Shown: one piece after another, positions 23,312 through 33,793 of the stretch
Numbering within the stretch: the first letter of the stretch is position 1
Layout: each line of letters begins with the position of its first letter
From: Octopus vulgaris
Taxonomy: Eukaryota
Direction: 5' to 3'
DNA length: 64,000 bases
Assembly: GCA_951406725.2 (NCBI GenBank)
Contig: OX597817.1
Span: forward strand, 52,390,001-52,454,000
Made by a program: the position numbers and the translations under genes
The notes under the pieces: model-generated
The model's database searches: none
What the model saw: only the letters and a program-made list of their open reading frames with translations
Told to the model about the DNA's origin: nothing

Positions 23312-24827
23312 GTGTAAAATGTCTGTGCCTGTCTCCCACCACCCCTTGCCATCTGGTGTTGGTGTGTTTATGTCTCAATAGAATAAGTACTGCTCTTGAA
23401 ATAAAATGAGTTTAACCCTCATTTGACTAAAAATTCTTCAAGGCAGTGCCACAGCATGGCTGCAGTCTACTGACTGAAACAAGTTAAAGGTAAACGATAG
23501 CTGCACATCAGATTTAGTAGCTCCAAAGAGCAGGATTTTGTGATATTACATACGTATATAAATGCATACATAATTCTTGTAATTATGGTTTCCCCTTTTT
23601 CTCTCATTCTTTGCAGGGAACCAGTCGGCCTTCACATTATCATGTTCTCTGGGATGACAACCGGTTTAGTGCAGATGAACTTCAGACGTTGACCTATCAG
23701 CTTTGCCATACATATGCAAGATGCACGCGGAGTGTGTCTATACCAGCACCAGCTTACTATGCCCACCTAGTTGCTTTCAGAGCTCGTTACCACCTGGTTG
23801 AGAAAGACCACGACAGGTAAAGATAACATCCCTGTTCTGACATTTATTTTCTTGTGCTTGTTCTCTTTTTTTCCTATACTTCATTTGTAGGGTTTACTTT
23901 TTGGCATATGGTCCCTTCATACTTTTTTCTAGCTAGGCACATCACCAGTGCTGGATTAACCATTAAGCAAAATAAGCATGTTCTTAGTGCATCAGAGGAA
24001 ATGGAGCACCATGGAAATGGTAAATGGTTTATGGCACAAAAGAAATCACTTTAAATTTGCTAAAATAATATTTAGGATGCCCTTATCTCAACTAGTATAG
24101 AAGCAGGTGTGTTACATAAGATTAATTTTGAGGATCTGATCAAAGACTTTGCAATGAAAAATAAAAAGTAGGAAACTTTACAAATATAAATAAGGTGGAA
24201 GTTTACAGAAACAAACAATATTTTCTATCTTATGGTTTTGTTTCATATTGAAAAGTAAAAATTTTATGGTTTGAATTACATATCTATAGGGGAGCCAAAA
24301 TCTTTTAAGTTCTGGGTTCACTCCTGCTGTGTGGCACCTCAGTCAAGTGCCTATTACTATGGCCTCAGGCTAACAAAAGCCTTGTGAGTGGATTTGGTAG
24401 AAGGAAACTGAAAGAAGCCCATCATATATATGTGTGGGTTTGTCTCCCCACACCATTGTTTGACAACCAATGTTGGTGTGTTCACGTCCCTGTAACTTAG
24501 CAGCTTGGCAAAAGAGACTGATAAAATAAGTATTAGGCTTACAAAGAATGTTCTGGGAGCGACTTGTTCGACTAAAGGCGGTGCTCCAGCATGGCCGTAG
24601 TCAAATGACCGAAACACGTAAATGACCGAAACACGTAAATGAATTAAAATGAAAAAAAAAAACTGTAGTATTGTACATGTGTTAGAAAAGAAAATTTTAT
24701 TTTGTTTCTCTTTTGTAGCGGCGAGGGTAGCCACCAGTCAACTTCACAGGAAGAGCGGACCCCAACTTCCATGTCGAATGAGATTGCCGTGCACCCTGAC
24801 ACCATCAAGGTCATGTACTTTGCTTAA
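1576..24827 (+). CDS. AGO2: Argonaute (miRNA-class AGO clade, argonaute-2-like), 5'-truncated in window; join(1576..1647,3648..3695,6362..6484,7839..7972,9551..9735,10002..10161,18230..18320,19311..19505,21508..21642,22211..22312,23617..23816,24719..24827)
   Basis: Twelve GT-AG-bounded exons splice in phase to 1554 nt (517 aa plus TAA), colinear with human AGO2 343-859. Hallmark motifs: [84 protein letters not shown]-terminal MYFA. The symbol marks family similarity, not proven one-to-one orthology. Confidence 0.97.
2053..2480 (+). mobile_element. CORE-type tRNA-derived SINE, family B (similar to octopus OR-type SINEs)
   Basis: A-box-like tggctgtgtggtaag, B-box-like ggttcagtcc, CORE-like gtggcaccttgggcaagtgtctt and an internal microsatellite; many other copies in the window. 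Confidence 0.8.
3017..3504 (+). mobile_element. Non-autonomous Helitron-like element (family H2) with a templated insertion at its 3' end
   Basis: 5' TC...tatatataaacggcaaaatg, perfect 17-bp terminal hairpin at 3354-3390, CTAG-T terminus at 3500-3504; homologous to 16055-16418 and 21033-21433. Confidence 0.75.
3648..3695 (+). CDS. AGO2: Argonaute exon b (L2): [16 protein letters not shown]
   Basis: tttcag acceptor, gtatgt donor, 48 nt; matches the ATARSAPDR motif. Confidence 0.92.
3950..4078. repeat. (CAT)n/(CTT)n compound microsatellite
   Basis: Direct inspection. Confidence 0.9.
4653..4965 (+). mobile_element. tRNA-headed SINE (distinct family)
   Basis: tggcccagtggttagggcagc A-box, ggtttcgatttcc B-box, AAT-rich tail. 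Confidence 0.65.
5135..5399 (-). mobile_element. tRNA-headed SINE, same family as 26839-27177
   Basis: Reverse complement begins gaaggtgcacggctcagtggttagaacatcggg and shares gtgttgtgttcttgag and the gaagggggtct 3' end. Confidence 0.7.
5510..6190 (-). mobile_element. Family B SINE interrupted by (TA)n and a Penelope-like terminal fragment (about 5748-6025, + strand)
   Basis: SINE 3' part at about 5510-5690 and 5' part at about 6030-6190; the insert carries a hammerhead-like core ctgtagaagagcgtaggctcgaaac. Confidence 0.7.
6362..6484 (+). CDS. AGO2: Argonaute exon c (L2): [41 protein letters not shown]
   Basis: ccag acceptor, gtaagt donor, 123 nt. Confidence 0.95.
6499..7080 (-). mobile_element. 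About 550-bp interspersed retroposon flanked by (TTA)n; further copies at 27540-27887 (opposite orientation, partial) and 62829-63388
   Basis: Near-identical gcagtgcatgccatcaaagtgacactggggt...gatcagagatgcac... sequence at three loci; orientation inferred from the microsatellite tail. Confidence 0.75.
7839..7972 (+). CDS. AGO2: Argonaute exon d (L2/MID): [44 protein letters not shown](R)
   Basis: tttcag acceptor, gtaatt donor, 134 nt. Confidence 0.95.
8305..9320 (+). mobile_element. Tandem cluster of about 5 family A SINEs
   Basis: Repeated ggcagtgagctggcagaaacgttagc...gagttcaaattccgccgaggtcgactttgcctttcatcc units. Confidence 0.85.
9551..9735 (+). CDS. AGO2: Argonaute exon e (MID): [16 protein letters not shown]...[15 protein letters not shown]
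   Basis: cacag acceptor, gtaggt donor, 185 nt; contains the PGKTP nucleotide-specificity loop and the Y529 equivalent. Confidence 0.96.
10002..10161 (+). CDS. AGO2: Argonaute exon f (MID): [53 protein letters not shown](R)
   Basis: tttcag acceptor, gtaagt donor, 160 nt; 5'-phosphate-binding K533, Q545, K566 and K570 equivalents intact. Confidence 0.96.
10298..10690 (-). mobile_element. SINE/LINE 3'-tail family C with (GAT)n tail; other copies at about 18540-19030, 32676-33005, 48730-49085 (-) and 58755-59050 (+)
   Basis: Shared catcgtttaacgtccgctttccatgctagcatgggttggac...ctacagctggatgcccttcctaac sequence. Confidence 0.75.
11075..11566 (+). mobile_element. 5'-truncated CR1/L2-group LINE 3' end
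   Basis: ORF remnant [18 protein letters not shown]...TCGHVYKV...[15 protein letters not shown] typical of a CR1 ORF2 C-terminus, followed by a 3' UTR and (TTA)n tail. Confidence 0.85.
11902..12135 (+). mobile_element. Family A SINE, full-length-like
   Basis: Same head, core and aaagaaata tail as the 8305 cluster. Confidence 0.85.
12690..12955. repeat. About 105-bp tandem triplication
   Basis: ataagacagtaaggtgtgatttgagggagatttggctgct recurs at about 12692, 12798 and 12902. Confidence 0.85.
13324..13580. repeat. Long foldback inverted repeat (arms about 117 nt, loop 21 nt)
   Basis: 13324-13440 is the near-perfect reverse complement of 13462-13580. Confidence 0.92.
13759..14590 (+). mobile_element. 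Non-autonomous Helitron H1 (13759-14153) followed directly by the 5' part of a second Helitron-like unit
   Basis: 5' TC, subterminal cccgagcaacgccggg hairpin, CTAG-T end; the next unit starts tctcttattataaaaggcag, identical to 16636. Confidence 0.8.
15019..15385 (+). mobile_element. Mariner transposase N-terminal relic
   Basis: [19 protein letters not shown]....YSLEDEP...[15 protein letters not shown], a stop, then [15 protein letters not shown] (mariner WVPHEL motif). Confidence 0.85.
15403..16040 (+). mobile_element. Non-autonomous Helitron H1 (longer variant)
   Basis: TC start, body shared with the 13759 copy, hairpin and CTAG-T end. Confidence 0.8.
16055..16418 (-). mobile_element. Helitron-like H2 copy, inverted
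   Basis: Reverse complement of the 3017 and 21033 copies, including the terminal hairpin. Confidence 0.8.
16636..17883 (+). mobile_element. Composite Helitron: alternative 5' unit, a piggyBac-like left end (about 17158-17480) and an H1 unit (17488-17883)
   Basis: TC start; internal TTAA-CCCTTTCGTTACC; second TC start at 17488; hairpin and CTAG-T at 17880-17884. Confidence 0.7.
17926..18123. mobile_element. pogo/Tigger-like MITE
   Basis: Termini ctgtattccctcgacatatcgcgg and ccgcgatagtcgagggattactg-TA are inverted repeats. Confidence 0.7.
18230..18320 (+). CDS. AGO2: Argonaute exon g (PIWI): [30 protein letters not shown]
   Basis: tag acceptor, gtaaat donor, 91 nt; catalytic D597 equivalent is GAT at 18270-18272. 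Confidence 0.96.
19311..19505 (+). CDS. AGO2: Argonaute exon h (PIWI): [12 protein letters not shown]...RKEII...[15 protein letters not shown]
   Basis: ttccag acceptor, gtaaat donor, 195 nt; E637 equivalent GAA at 19380-19382; D669 equivalent is AAT (Asn) at 19476-19478. Confidence 0.96.
20094..20328 (-). mobile_element. Family A SINE, inverted
   Basis: Reverse complement of 11902-12135. Confidence 0.85.
20677..20897. mobile_element. Mariner-derived MITE
   Basis: TA-tgagtgggaagctgaaaagtt ... aactcttcagcacctcctca-TA imperfect TIRs. Confidence 0.6.
21033..21433 (+). mobile_element. Helitron-like H2 copy
   Basis: TC start, shared body, degenerate hairpin and CTAG-T end 74 nt before exon i. 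Confidence 0.8.
21508..21642 (+). CDS. AGO2: Argonaute exon i (PIWI): [45 protein letters not shown]
   Basis: tctag acceptor, gtgagt donor, 135 nt. Confidence 0.96.
21925..22155 (-). mobile_element. Family A SINE, inverted
   Basis: Reverse complement of the family A consensus. Confidence 0.85.
22211..22312 (+). CDS. AGO2: Argonaute exon j (PIWI): [34 protein letters not shown]
   Basis: tttag acceptor, gtaagt donor, 102 nt. Confidence 0.96.
22370..22570 (+). mobile_element. RTE-clade LINE internal fragment
   Basis: CSNIKGKL...FLCGRCTGA...[21 protein letters not shown]. Confidence 0.7.
23617..23816 (+). CDS. AGO2: Argonaute exon k (PIWI): [15 protein letters not shown]...[22 protein letters not shown](S)
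   Basis: ttgcag acceptor, gtaaag donor, 200 nt; catalytic H807 equivalent is CAC at 23764-23766. Confidence 0.97.
24719..24827 (+). CDS. AGO2: Argonaute terminal coding exon: [35 protein letters not shown]
   Basis: ttgtag acceptor, 109 nt to TAA; canonical MYFA terminus and Ser/Thr-rich loop. Confidence 0.95.
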
Positions 24828-24926
24828 CTCTCATCATCTTACACTACCATGTGACCAGCAGCTGTTTAACAGGAAGATAAACGGACTTCTTATGTTTTGA
24901 TGTTGCCTATTGCCGTTGTTGTTGTT

Positions 24927-24964
<38 letters not shown>

Positions 24965-25789
24965 TGCTGTTGTTAATTTTATTTAATTTCAAGGAGAAGA
25001 AAAATCAGTGCATTGTGTTAAAATATATTTGTTTATTGAAATACACACACACATTTTTATACACTTCAGTTTTATTGGTTTGTCATAATTCTATATAATT
25101 CAGGCGGCGAGCTGGCAGAAACGTTAGCACGCCGGGCGAAATGCTAAGTGGTATTTCGTCTGCCGCTGCGTTCCGAGTTCAAATTCTGCCAAGGTCGAGT
25201 TTGCCTTTCATCCTTTCGGGGTCGATTAGATAAGTTCCAGTTATGCAGTGGGGTCAATATAATCGACTTAATCCGTTTGTCTGTCCTTGTTTGCTTTGTG
25301 TTTAGGGGTGTTGCATACACAATCATTAGATTATGCTTTCGTTTCCTGAACTGGGTGATGAACAAAACACTTCATTTCATGTAAATCCACTCAGCTGGCA
25401 AAAATGTTATTCTGTTACTAATAGGTATCCTGTCCAGGAGGGAATATTTTATGCTACAGAATCTAGGGAAACTGGCCTTATAAACTTAGGGATCAGGAAG
25501 GACCTTCCAATTAAAAAAAAATTTTTTTTTAAAGATATCTGTCTCATTATTTAATGTTCATTGTCCATGCTGGTATGGGTTGGACGGCTTGACCAGTGCT
25601 GACCAGTCTGATTTGGTATGGTTTCTTCAGCTGGAGACCCTTCCTAACACCAACCACTTTACAGAGTGTACTCCGTGCTTTTATGAGGCACTGCACAGGC
25701 ACTTTTGCATGTCCCTGATGAGTACTTTTACATGGTACTGCCACGAGTGCTTTACACCTCTTGGAACATCAGTCTTAACACTTCTGCTA

Positions 25790-26632
25790 TGGAGTATGGG
25801 TCTTCTTGAGTATGGCAAGGTGCCAGGTATCTCGGTCCTTTGTCATCTTGCCTGAAAGGTTCAGTGCCCCGAGGTCATTCTTCAGTACTTCATCCCATCT
25901 CTTCCTGGGTCCCCCGCTTCCATGTGTTCCATCCACTCTGAGAGATCCGCACTTCTTTGTAGGGCTGTTACCATCCATTCACATCACATGATCAAACCAG
26001 TGCACAGCAACCAATTTCTCCTATGCCTAACTTTTCTCTCAGAACATTGGTACTCTGTTGAACATATACACTTACATTAAACATCCAGTGGAGCATACTA
26101 GCTGCATTCCTTTCTAACCTTTGCATGTCCTCTGCATTCATGGCCCATACCTCACTACCATGTAGAATTGCTGTCCAAATACATGCATCATACAATCTTC
26201 CTTTCACTCAGAGAGAGAAACCTTTTATGCCCAACAGAGGTAACGGCTCTGTGAATTTCCTCCATACTATTCTTATTCTAACTATCACACTGTATCCTCC
26301 ACTGCTAATTTGGTAGCAGAAATTATCTGCTAGCTTTAATGAGCAACCAGGCATTTCAGAGAATCAATTTCTCGAGTCTCTAAAGTTTTTAAGAATCCTG
26401 TGTATCTTCCACATACAAAAACTATCTCTGATAATCTTCCTATTAACTCACTGCACTTCTTGTGTGTCCATAGCTTACACTGGGTACATTGTATGAAGTC
26501 CCTGTCCATACCTCTCCTGCAAATCAAACAGGGCCACCTACCTGAGTGGGGTAGGGTCCTGTCAGTTTTCTTGCTTACTAGGACCTTAGTATTTGCCACA
26601 TTAACCTTAAGGCCCTTAGATTCCAGGTTTTG
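25790..26632 (-). mobile_element. Degraded RTE-clade LINE 3' portion
   Basis: [35 protein letters not shown]-like insert, KGRLYDACIWTAILHGSEVW, GGPRKRWDEVLKNDL. Confidence 0.85.
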
Positions 26633-26838
26633 CTTCCCCTTCCCTACTCTGGGTTCAAAGACTTGCATGTTGCATGGTGAACTCACTAGTGATGGTGGCA
26701 TGAAAAAAAGCCCTCAGCACATACTTTAAAGTGGTTGGCATTAGGAAGGGTAACCAACCATAGAAAATGGACATTAAATTATGAGGACATACATCTGGTC
26801 ACTTGTACTTTAATCTAATGTTGTGTTATACTAACTGT

Positions 26839-27177
26839 GAAGGTGCATGGCTCAGTGGTTAGAGCGTTGAGCTTACGATCGTGAGGTTGTGAGCTCGAAT
26901 CCCGGACCGGGCTGTGTGTTGTGTTCTTGAGAAAGATACTTTATTTCACATTGCTCCAGTTCACTCAGCTGTAGAAATGAGTTGCAACATCACAAGTGCC
27001 AAGCTGTATCGGCCCCTTTGCCTTTCCCTTGGATAACACTGGTGGCGTGGAGAGGGGAGGCCGGTATGCATGGGAGACTGCTGGTCTTCCATAAACAACC
27101 TTGCCCGAACTTGTGCCTGGGAGGGTAACTTTCTAGGTGCAATCCCATGGTTTGTGTTGTGACCGAAGGGGGTCTCA
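26839..27177 (+). mobile_element. tRNA-headed SINE
   Basis: tggctcagtggttagagc A-box, gagctcgaatcc B-box, no CCA or acceptor-stem closure, long conserved body. Confidence 0.75.
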
Positions 27178-27843
27178 GAATATTCTAACTTGAAGTTTGG
27201 AATCCTCAAACGCTGGAGCAGAGAAGTTAATAAGGGAATGATCCTGCTGATTATCTTTAGGGCTTTGAGAAATGGTGACAAAAGCTTTGAGAGAAAACCT
27301 TGAAAAAAAAAATTGATCTTAATCTGGGATCAATTTATAAACTGTTCGATAGGTTCAGTAAGAATTATCCAGAAAGTGCTCAGTACAAAGTAAGAACAAA
27401 TATGAAGAGTAGAAAAGAAAAAACTTTTATACAGAATTTGCTACTTCTGATCTTAGGCCACTTGATGTGGAAAGATCTGAAACTTAATTAAATTGAGCAC
27501 CAGTAGCATGAAGCAACATAATAATAATAATAATAATAATTCTTTGGTGTTTGAATAATTCACCTCTGGAAACATGGGTGGTTCGTTCAACATCCTTGAA
27601 CAACCTTTATTCAGAGACCTTTTGAGCCTGGATGGGCTATTCGACCAGAAGAAAATCCTAATTGGGCCCCACCTGCAAGGTCATGCACCGTTTATCTTGA
27701 TATGAGATCACCATGTCACGCACATATGGTTGTGATGCATGTGCCTGGTGTACCCTTATCAGGCGGGTAGTCATGATGGGTATACTGGGCTTCGTATAAT
27801 TTACCCCAGTGTCACTTTGATGGCATGCACTGCTCTCTCACTC

Positions 27844-27887
<44 letters not shown>

Positions 27888-28144
27888 GCAAGACCTGTGA
27901 ATATTTCATGGAATTAATGCTAAACTTATTGGGTTATTATTTACATTATTTACACTTATTTACATTTTACAAATATAGAACTGTATTATTGGGTTATTTC
28001 TGTAAACTTTATCCAAAAAACCAGGAAGCATAGCGTGTGTTGTGTTTGTATCAAAAGATGGTCGCTCATCTGCTAATCATTGAAAAATGAAGGAAATTAG
28101 AATACGATAATTACTTAATGCACTTTATATATACACTTTATATA

Positions 28145-28308
28145 CAGGGTGGGCCAGAATTCATGACTTGTTAGTTTATTAGTATGTCAATATTTATTAA
28201 TATGCATATTAAGAAATAAAATAATAAATTTAAACACTACAATAACAAAGAAATAAGCATATTAAGAAATACAACTAATAAGTGAGTCATGAATTCTGGT
28301 CCACCCCA
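28145..28308. mobile_element. Tc1/mariner-type MITE
   Basis: TA-cagggtgggccagaattcatgact ... agtcatgaattctggtccaccc TIRs. Confidence 0.75.
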
Positions 28309-29484
28309 ATACTTTATGCACAATTTTATAGACTTAATACACTCTCCCTCTTTCTCTCTCTCTCACTCTCTCTCTCCTTTTTCTGTCATTCTTCGCTTTT
28401 CCCTTCAACCAATCACATGAAAGCTAAGTAATGAAGGAAAAAAACTTAGTTGAAAGAAAGAAATTACACATTTCAGTCACCACTGCCTCTCCCTCCTCTT
28501 CCCCTCCTTCAGCTAATCATGTGAAAGCGTTACGGACGGGCTAAGTAATGGAGGAACAAGTAGAATCACCATAAGATATTTCTTATATTTGTTATGGGCA
28601 TCAGGTGAGGGAGACCTTGCTAGGACAGTTTACAATTTGTGTGTGTTGGGGTTTACATAAAAGATGAGGATGGGGGAGGGAGGGAGAAAAGGCAAGGAGG
28701 GTGAAATGAGATGAAAGTATGCACAGCATAGAAAATATGTGAGCACATCTATGATATCACCCTCCTTGTACTGGAGAACCTCCAACTAGGGCCAATGAAG
28801 GAACCTTGACAAATCCTGGTTCATCGTGACCACCAGAAGCATGAGCCCTTGTCCAACTGTTGTTCTATCTACAGGCACATACTTAGAGTAGGTTCATTCA
28901 TCCTGTTTTTGCCAGAGTCACCCACCACCTTACAAATTCACTGGCAGAGAGAGAGAGCCCCTCCTTTTCCATCCTCGTCTTTCCAAAATAATAAGTGAAT
29001 TGCAAAAGATCATACTTATAAGTATTGTACATGTTTTATGTAAATTGCTCTCCATAAAAACACAATTTTACAGTTTTATTATAAATTTTGTAAAAAAAAA
29101 AAAAGGAAAAAATTTCATAACACTTAGGCATCAGTTTTTTTCAATTGTGTGACCCCTTACATGTTTGCATCTTTTGGAACTCAAAATTTGTTTCTTGACC
29201 CAAGGAACTGCCCCCCCCCCCCAATCTTAAGTTGAGACTTGGGTGCAGCTTGTAAAATTAAAGCAAATGCGAAAAAAGAAAAGATAACAATGATGATGAT
29301 AGGTGCTGCCGTGGCTGTGTGGTAAGGAATTTCTTTCTCAACCACATGGTTTCGGGTTCAGTCACTCTGTATAGCACCTTGGGCAAGTGTCTTCTGCTAT
29401 AGCTTCTGGCCAACCAAAGCCATGTGAGTGGATTTTGTTGTTGGAAACTGAAGCCTGTTATATACACACACACACACACACACA

Positions 29485-29522
<38 letters not shown>

Positions 29523-29528
29523 CATACA

Positions 29529-29580
<52 letters not shown>

Positions 29581-29998
29581 TACATATACTTTTTTTTAAA
29601 CCGGGGAGGCAATGCGAGCAGCAACTAAAGGAACATTACAAAATCCACAGAAAGATCAAACACAGAAAGATCAAATGAATATATTCCTATATTCATTTAT
29701 ATCTACAGAACAGATATAAAGCCCGACGTTTAAAAAATTTTAAAATTTAGTAATATATAAATATATCATATAAAAATATATAAATATACAAGAGAATCAA
29801 AGTTGCATATATAACACCTTGAATTTACGCTTAAACTCGTAAAACATTTAGTATAAATTTATTACAATAAAAAAAAAAAAAATTCGTTTGACTAAAATTC
29901 TTCAAGGCACTGCTCCAGCATGGCTGCAGTCAAATGACTGAAACAAAAGATAATAATAATAATGATAATAATAATAATAATACTGAAGTGTGTATAAC

Positions 29999-30051
<53 letters not shown>

Positions 30052-30052
30052 G

Positions 30053-30460
30053 TAGGAGTGGCTGTGTGGTAAGTAGCTTGCTTACAAACCACATGGTTCC
30101 GGGTTCAGTCCCACTGCGTGACACCTTGGGCAAGTGTCTTCTACTATAGCTTTGGGCCAACCAAAGCCTTGTGAGTGGATTTGGTAGATGGAAACTGAAA
30201 GAAGCCTGTCGTATATATATATATATCTATATATATGTGTATGTATGTGTGTGTGTGTGTGTATGTCTGTTTGTACCCCCCCAACATCGGTTGACAACCG
30301 ATGCTGGTGTGTTTATGTGCCCGTAACTTAGCGGTTCGGCAAAAGAGACCGATAAAATAAGTACTAGGCTTACAAAGAATAAGTCCTGGGGTCGATTTGC
30401 TTGACTAAAGGCGGTGCTCCAGCATGGCCACAGTCAAATGACTGAAACAAGTAAAAGAGC
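30053..30460 (+). mobile_element. Family B CORE-type SINE, clean full-length copy
   Basis: Complete head, CORE-like segment, microsatellite and gactgaaacaagtaaaaga tail; similar copies at about 23140-23495, 24310-24640 and 29300-29950. Confidence 0.85.
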
Positions 30461-30959
30461 AAAAGAATATATATATATATTTGTGTGTTTTAATGCCTAA
30501 TATAATTCCACAATGCAAAAGAGTTGTTTGAGTTACCTCCCCTGATCTCAGATCAAAGATACTTGCCAAATAAGGGCAACTCAAAAGGACAAAATATCTT
30601 TTTTTTTTTTCAAAATTTTATTTCTTTTTTTACATTATTTTTATTACATGTTTGTTTTCGATGTTTTTTTGTTTTTTTTCTCTTTCTTTTCTGTACATTT
30701 CCAATCTAATTCTTACTTTTCTGAAATGACAATGGAAATTGAAATTTTGCAAAAAAAAAAGTAGAAAAAAGGGATAATAATGGAAGAATTGAAAACTACA
30801 TTTGTTTTTTTTTTTGTCTTTGATGTTTTGTTGTTGATTTATGTTTTTATAAATTTATAAAAAAAATTTTTTTTTTTTTTTTTTGCATTTTGGTAAATAT
30901 TCTGAAACATAGAAGTGTTTTAAAGGTTGAGATTATTGTTAATAATATTACCATCATTA

Positions 30960-31845
30960 AAGCAGAGAGCCGGCAGAACCATTAGCATACCAGACAAAAT
31001 GCTTAGCGGTATTTTGTCCATCTATATATTCTTAGTTCAAATTCCACCAAGGTTGACTTCTCCTTTCATCTTTTTGAGATGCATAAGATAAGTACCAGTT
31101 GAACACTGGGGGGGGGGGGGGTTTCTGCCAAACTAGGTGGCCTTGTGCTGAAATTTGAAACTAATATTATTATTATTAAGGTGGTGAGCTCACCAAATCA
31201 TTACGGTGCCAGATAAAATGCTCTGTGGATTTCTGGCCCTTCACAAAATAAGTTCAAGTTGAACATTGGGAATTAATGTAATCAACTAACACCCTCTCCC
31301 AAATGTTAGGCCCTGTGCCTTTAATAGGAAGGGTTATTAATATTATGAAGGCAGTGAGCTGGTTGAATTATCAGGGCCTGATAAAATTCTTTGCAGCGTT
31401 GCATGCAGCATTTTTACATTCAGAGTTCAAATTCCGGCGAGGTCAACTTTGCCTTTCATCCTTTCAAGGCCCATAAAATAAAGTACCAGTGGAGTACTGG
31501 TGTCAGTGCAATCAACTTATCCCACCCATCAAAATTTTGAGTTCTGGGGTCAATACAATACAATACCCCTCCCCTCAAAACTGTTGGCCTTTTGCCAAAA
31601 TTAGAATTATCATTATTATTGTTAGGCAGCAAGCTGGCAGAATCGTTAGCACATCAGGCAAAATGCTTAGCATCTTGTCAGTCTTTATGTTCTGAGTTCA
31701 AATTCCACTGAGATGAACTTAGCCTTTCCTCATTTCAGGGTCGATAGAATAAGTACCAGTTGAACACTGGGGTTGATGTATTCAACTTATCCCATCCCAT
31801 CCCCTGAAATTAATTGGCTTGGTGCTCTAAAATTTGAAACCATTA
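30960..31845 (+). mobile_element. Tandem cluster of diverged family A SINEs (similar cluster at 35372-36010)
   Basis: Repeated head and core separated by (ATT)n tails. Confidence 0.75.
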
Positions 31846-33312
31846 TTATTATTAGTTTTTTTTTTTGATTTAAAAAATTTTTTTTAAATATATTCTTTGG
31901 TTTCTTAGCAAGTTTCTTATTGACTTTGGTTAGTTGGCAGTATAAACAGAGAATGACCGATAACTGAACGGCTGTCCTCTGGTGTAATATTAATGACTGG
32001 CTGACCTTATCCGTACCTTCTCTGTTGTAAATTAGTCAAGCCCAAATATGGTAGTCTTTTGTATGTTGCATGCATCATTGTTATTGTATGTATTCAAACA
32101 GTACATAGGCAGAATTGTTTGACTGTCAGAATAGATACTGCATGGTATTCCTTCTGGCTCTTTATGTTCTGAGTTCAAATCCTACCACAGTCAACTTTTG
32201 TCTTTCATCAACTCTTAAGACCATAGAGTATCAATATAAGAACTAAGGGCAATTTACCCAACTCAACTTCTCAAAATTTCATATCTTGTACCATTGTAAG
32301 AAAGAATTATTGGTGTATTATGGCAATGGATTGGTAGAATTATTAGCATCAGAAACAATGTCTTGCAGTGTTCATTCCAGCCTTTCATGTCCTAATCAAG
32401 TACTCAGATTGATGTAATTAACTCCTTGCAAAGTTACTGGCCTTATGCTGCTGAGATCAGAAACCATTATTTAAAACATGGCATTATGAAGGTGGGGGAA
32501 CCATACCTAAGCTAACATGGATCACAATGTCTGCATGGAAAATGAACATTAAAATGGTCATGTTGATAATGTGTAAGTTGCCAGAGCCAAATTTGCAACT
32601 TGGCTTCAATTTCAAATTAAAGCCGTTGAGTTTCTTACTGTGTGCTCTTGAGTTCAATACTCTGTTGTTTACAAAATCATCATCATCATCATCATCATTT
32701 AACGTCTGTTTTCCATGCTAGCATGGGTTGGACGGTTCGACCAGGGTCTGGTAAGCCGTGGAGGCTGCACCAGGCTCCAGTCTGATTTGGCAGTGTTTCT
32801 ACAGCTGGATGCCCTTCCTAACACCATCCACTCCTTGAGTGTAGTGGGTGTTTTTTTACGTGCCACCGGCACAGGGGCCAGAGGAGGCTGGCTAACAGCC
32901 ACAATCGGGTTTGTGCTTTTATGTGTCACCGACACGGATGCCAGTCAGGCGGCGCTGGCATTTACCACGTTCGGACGGTGCTTTTTACATGTCACTGGCA
33001 CGAGAGTCTTAATGTTTATAATTCTTTTTGGCTAAGTTTGCTTGAGTGAAAAAAAAAAAAAAATAAACCCAGACAAATCTATAACTTTATTCCATTCCTA
33101 ATTCATAGTTGAGTTGTTTATGATTGGAAAGGCCAACTGATACAATAACATGCATATGTAGTAAGAAACTCTCCAGAAAGCTGAACCTCAGGCAAATGTT
33201 TCAGCCCTTAACTTTTTAAACTCCAAGGGAAATAGGCCACATTCAGGTCATAGCTCTTAAGCGCTCTTCTGTAGACATGTTTTAGTCAATTGGATATCGG
33301 AAACCTGTGCAT

Positions 33313-33793
33313 TTAACCCTTTCATTACTGAATTTATTTTGAGATGCTGTGTTTCTTTCAATTACTTTAAATATAACAAAATAATTTAGTAAAATAACTT
33401 GGTTATCATTCAGTTAGTGTTAGGAAGATAAATTGTGACTAAGGTTTGGTGGAAGATTTTAATTCAAAACTTACGAAAACAAGACATTTGTACTACAGAG
33501 CCAGAGGCAGTTTCAGCCTGGTTGGTAGCGAAAAGGTTAAGAATTATTTCTCTATTATATATTTTAACCCTTTTTGTTACCATATTTCTGTTGAGATACT
33601 CTGTATTTCTTTCAATTAATTTTAAATATAAGAAAGAATTTAGTAAAATAACTTGGTTATCATTAAGCTAGTGTTAGTAACACAAATTGTGACTAAGGTT
33701 TGGTGGAAGACTTTAACTCAAAACTTGTGAAAACAAGTGATTTGTGCTCAAAGCCAGAGCCGGTTTCAGCTGGGTTGGTAACAAAAGGGTTAA
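33313..33793. mobile_element. Two tandem piggyBac-type MITEs (33313-33540 and 33564-33793); a related element lies at about 45602-45830
   Basis: TTAA target sites with CCCTTT..TTAC / GTAA..AAAGGG TIRs; the two copies are homologous throughout. Confidence 0.8.

Noticed and set aside
1576-24827. Argonaute as a pseudogene, or as a PIWI, WAGO or siRNA-class protein
   Set aside because: All exons are in phase with canonical splice sites, and the motifs and exon sizes are those of the miRNA-class AGO clade.
24825-24854. AGO1x-like stop-codon readthrough extension
   Set aside because: The stop is TAA and the next in-frame TGA comes after only 8 codons; no supporting signal.
24649-24900. ORF overlapping the last Argonaute exon in another frame
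   Set aside because: Starts in intronic sequence; the MYFA frame explains the conservation.
26839-26915. Possible tRNA genes (also 4653, 37100, 63691)
   Set aside because: A and B boxes are present, but there is no complete cloverleaf or terminator and they run into repeat bodies, so they are SINE heads.
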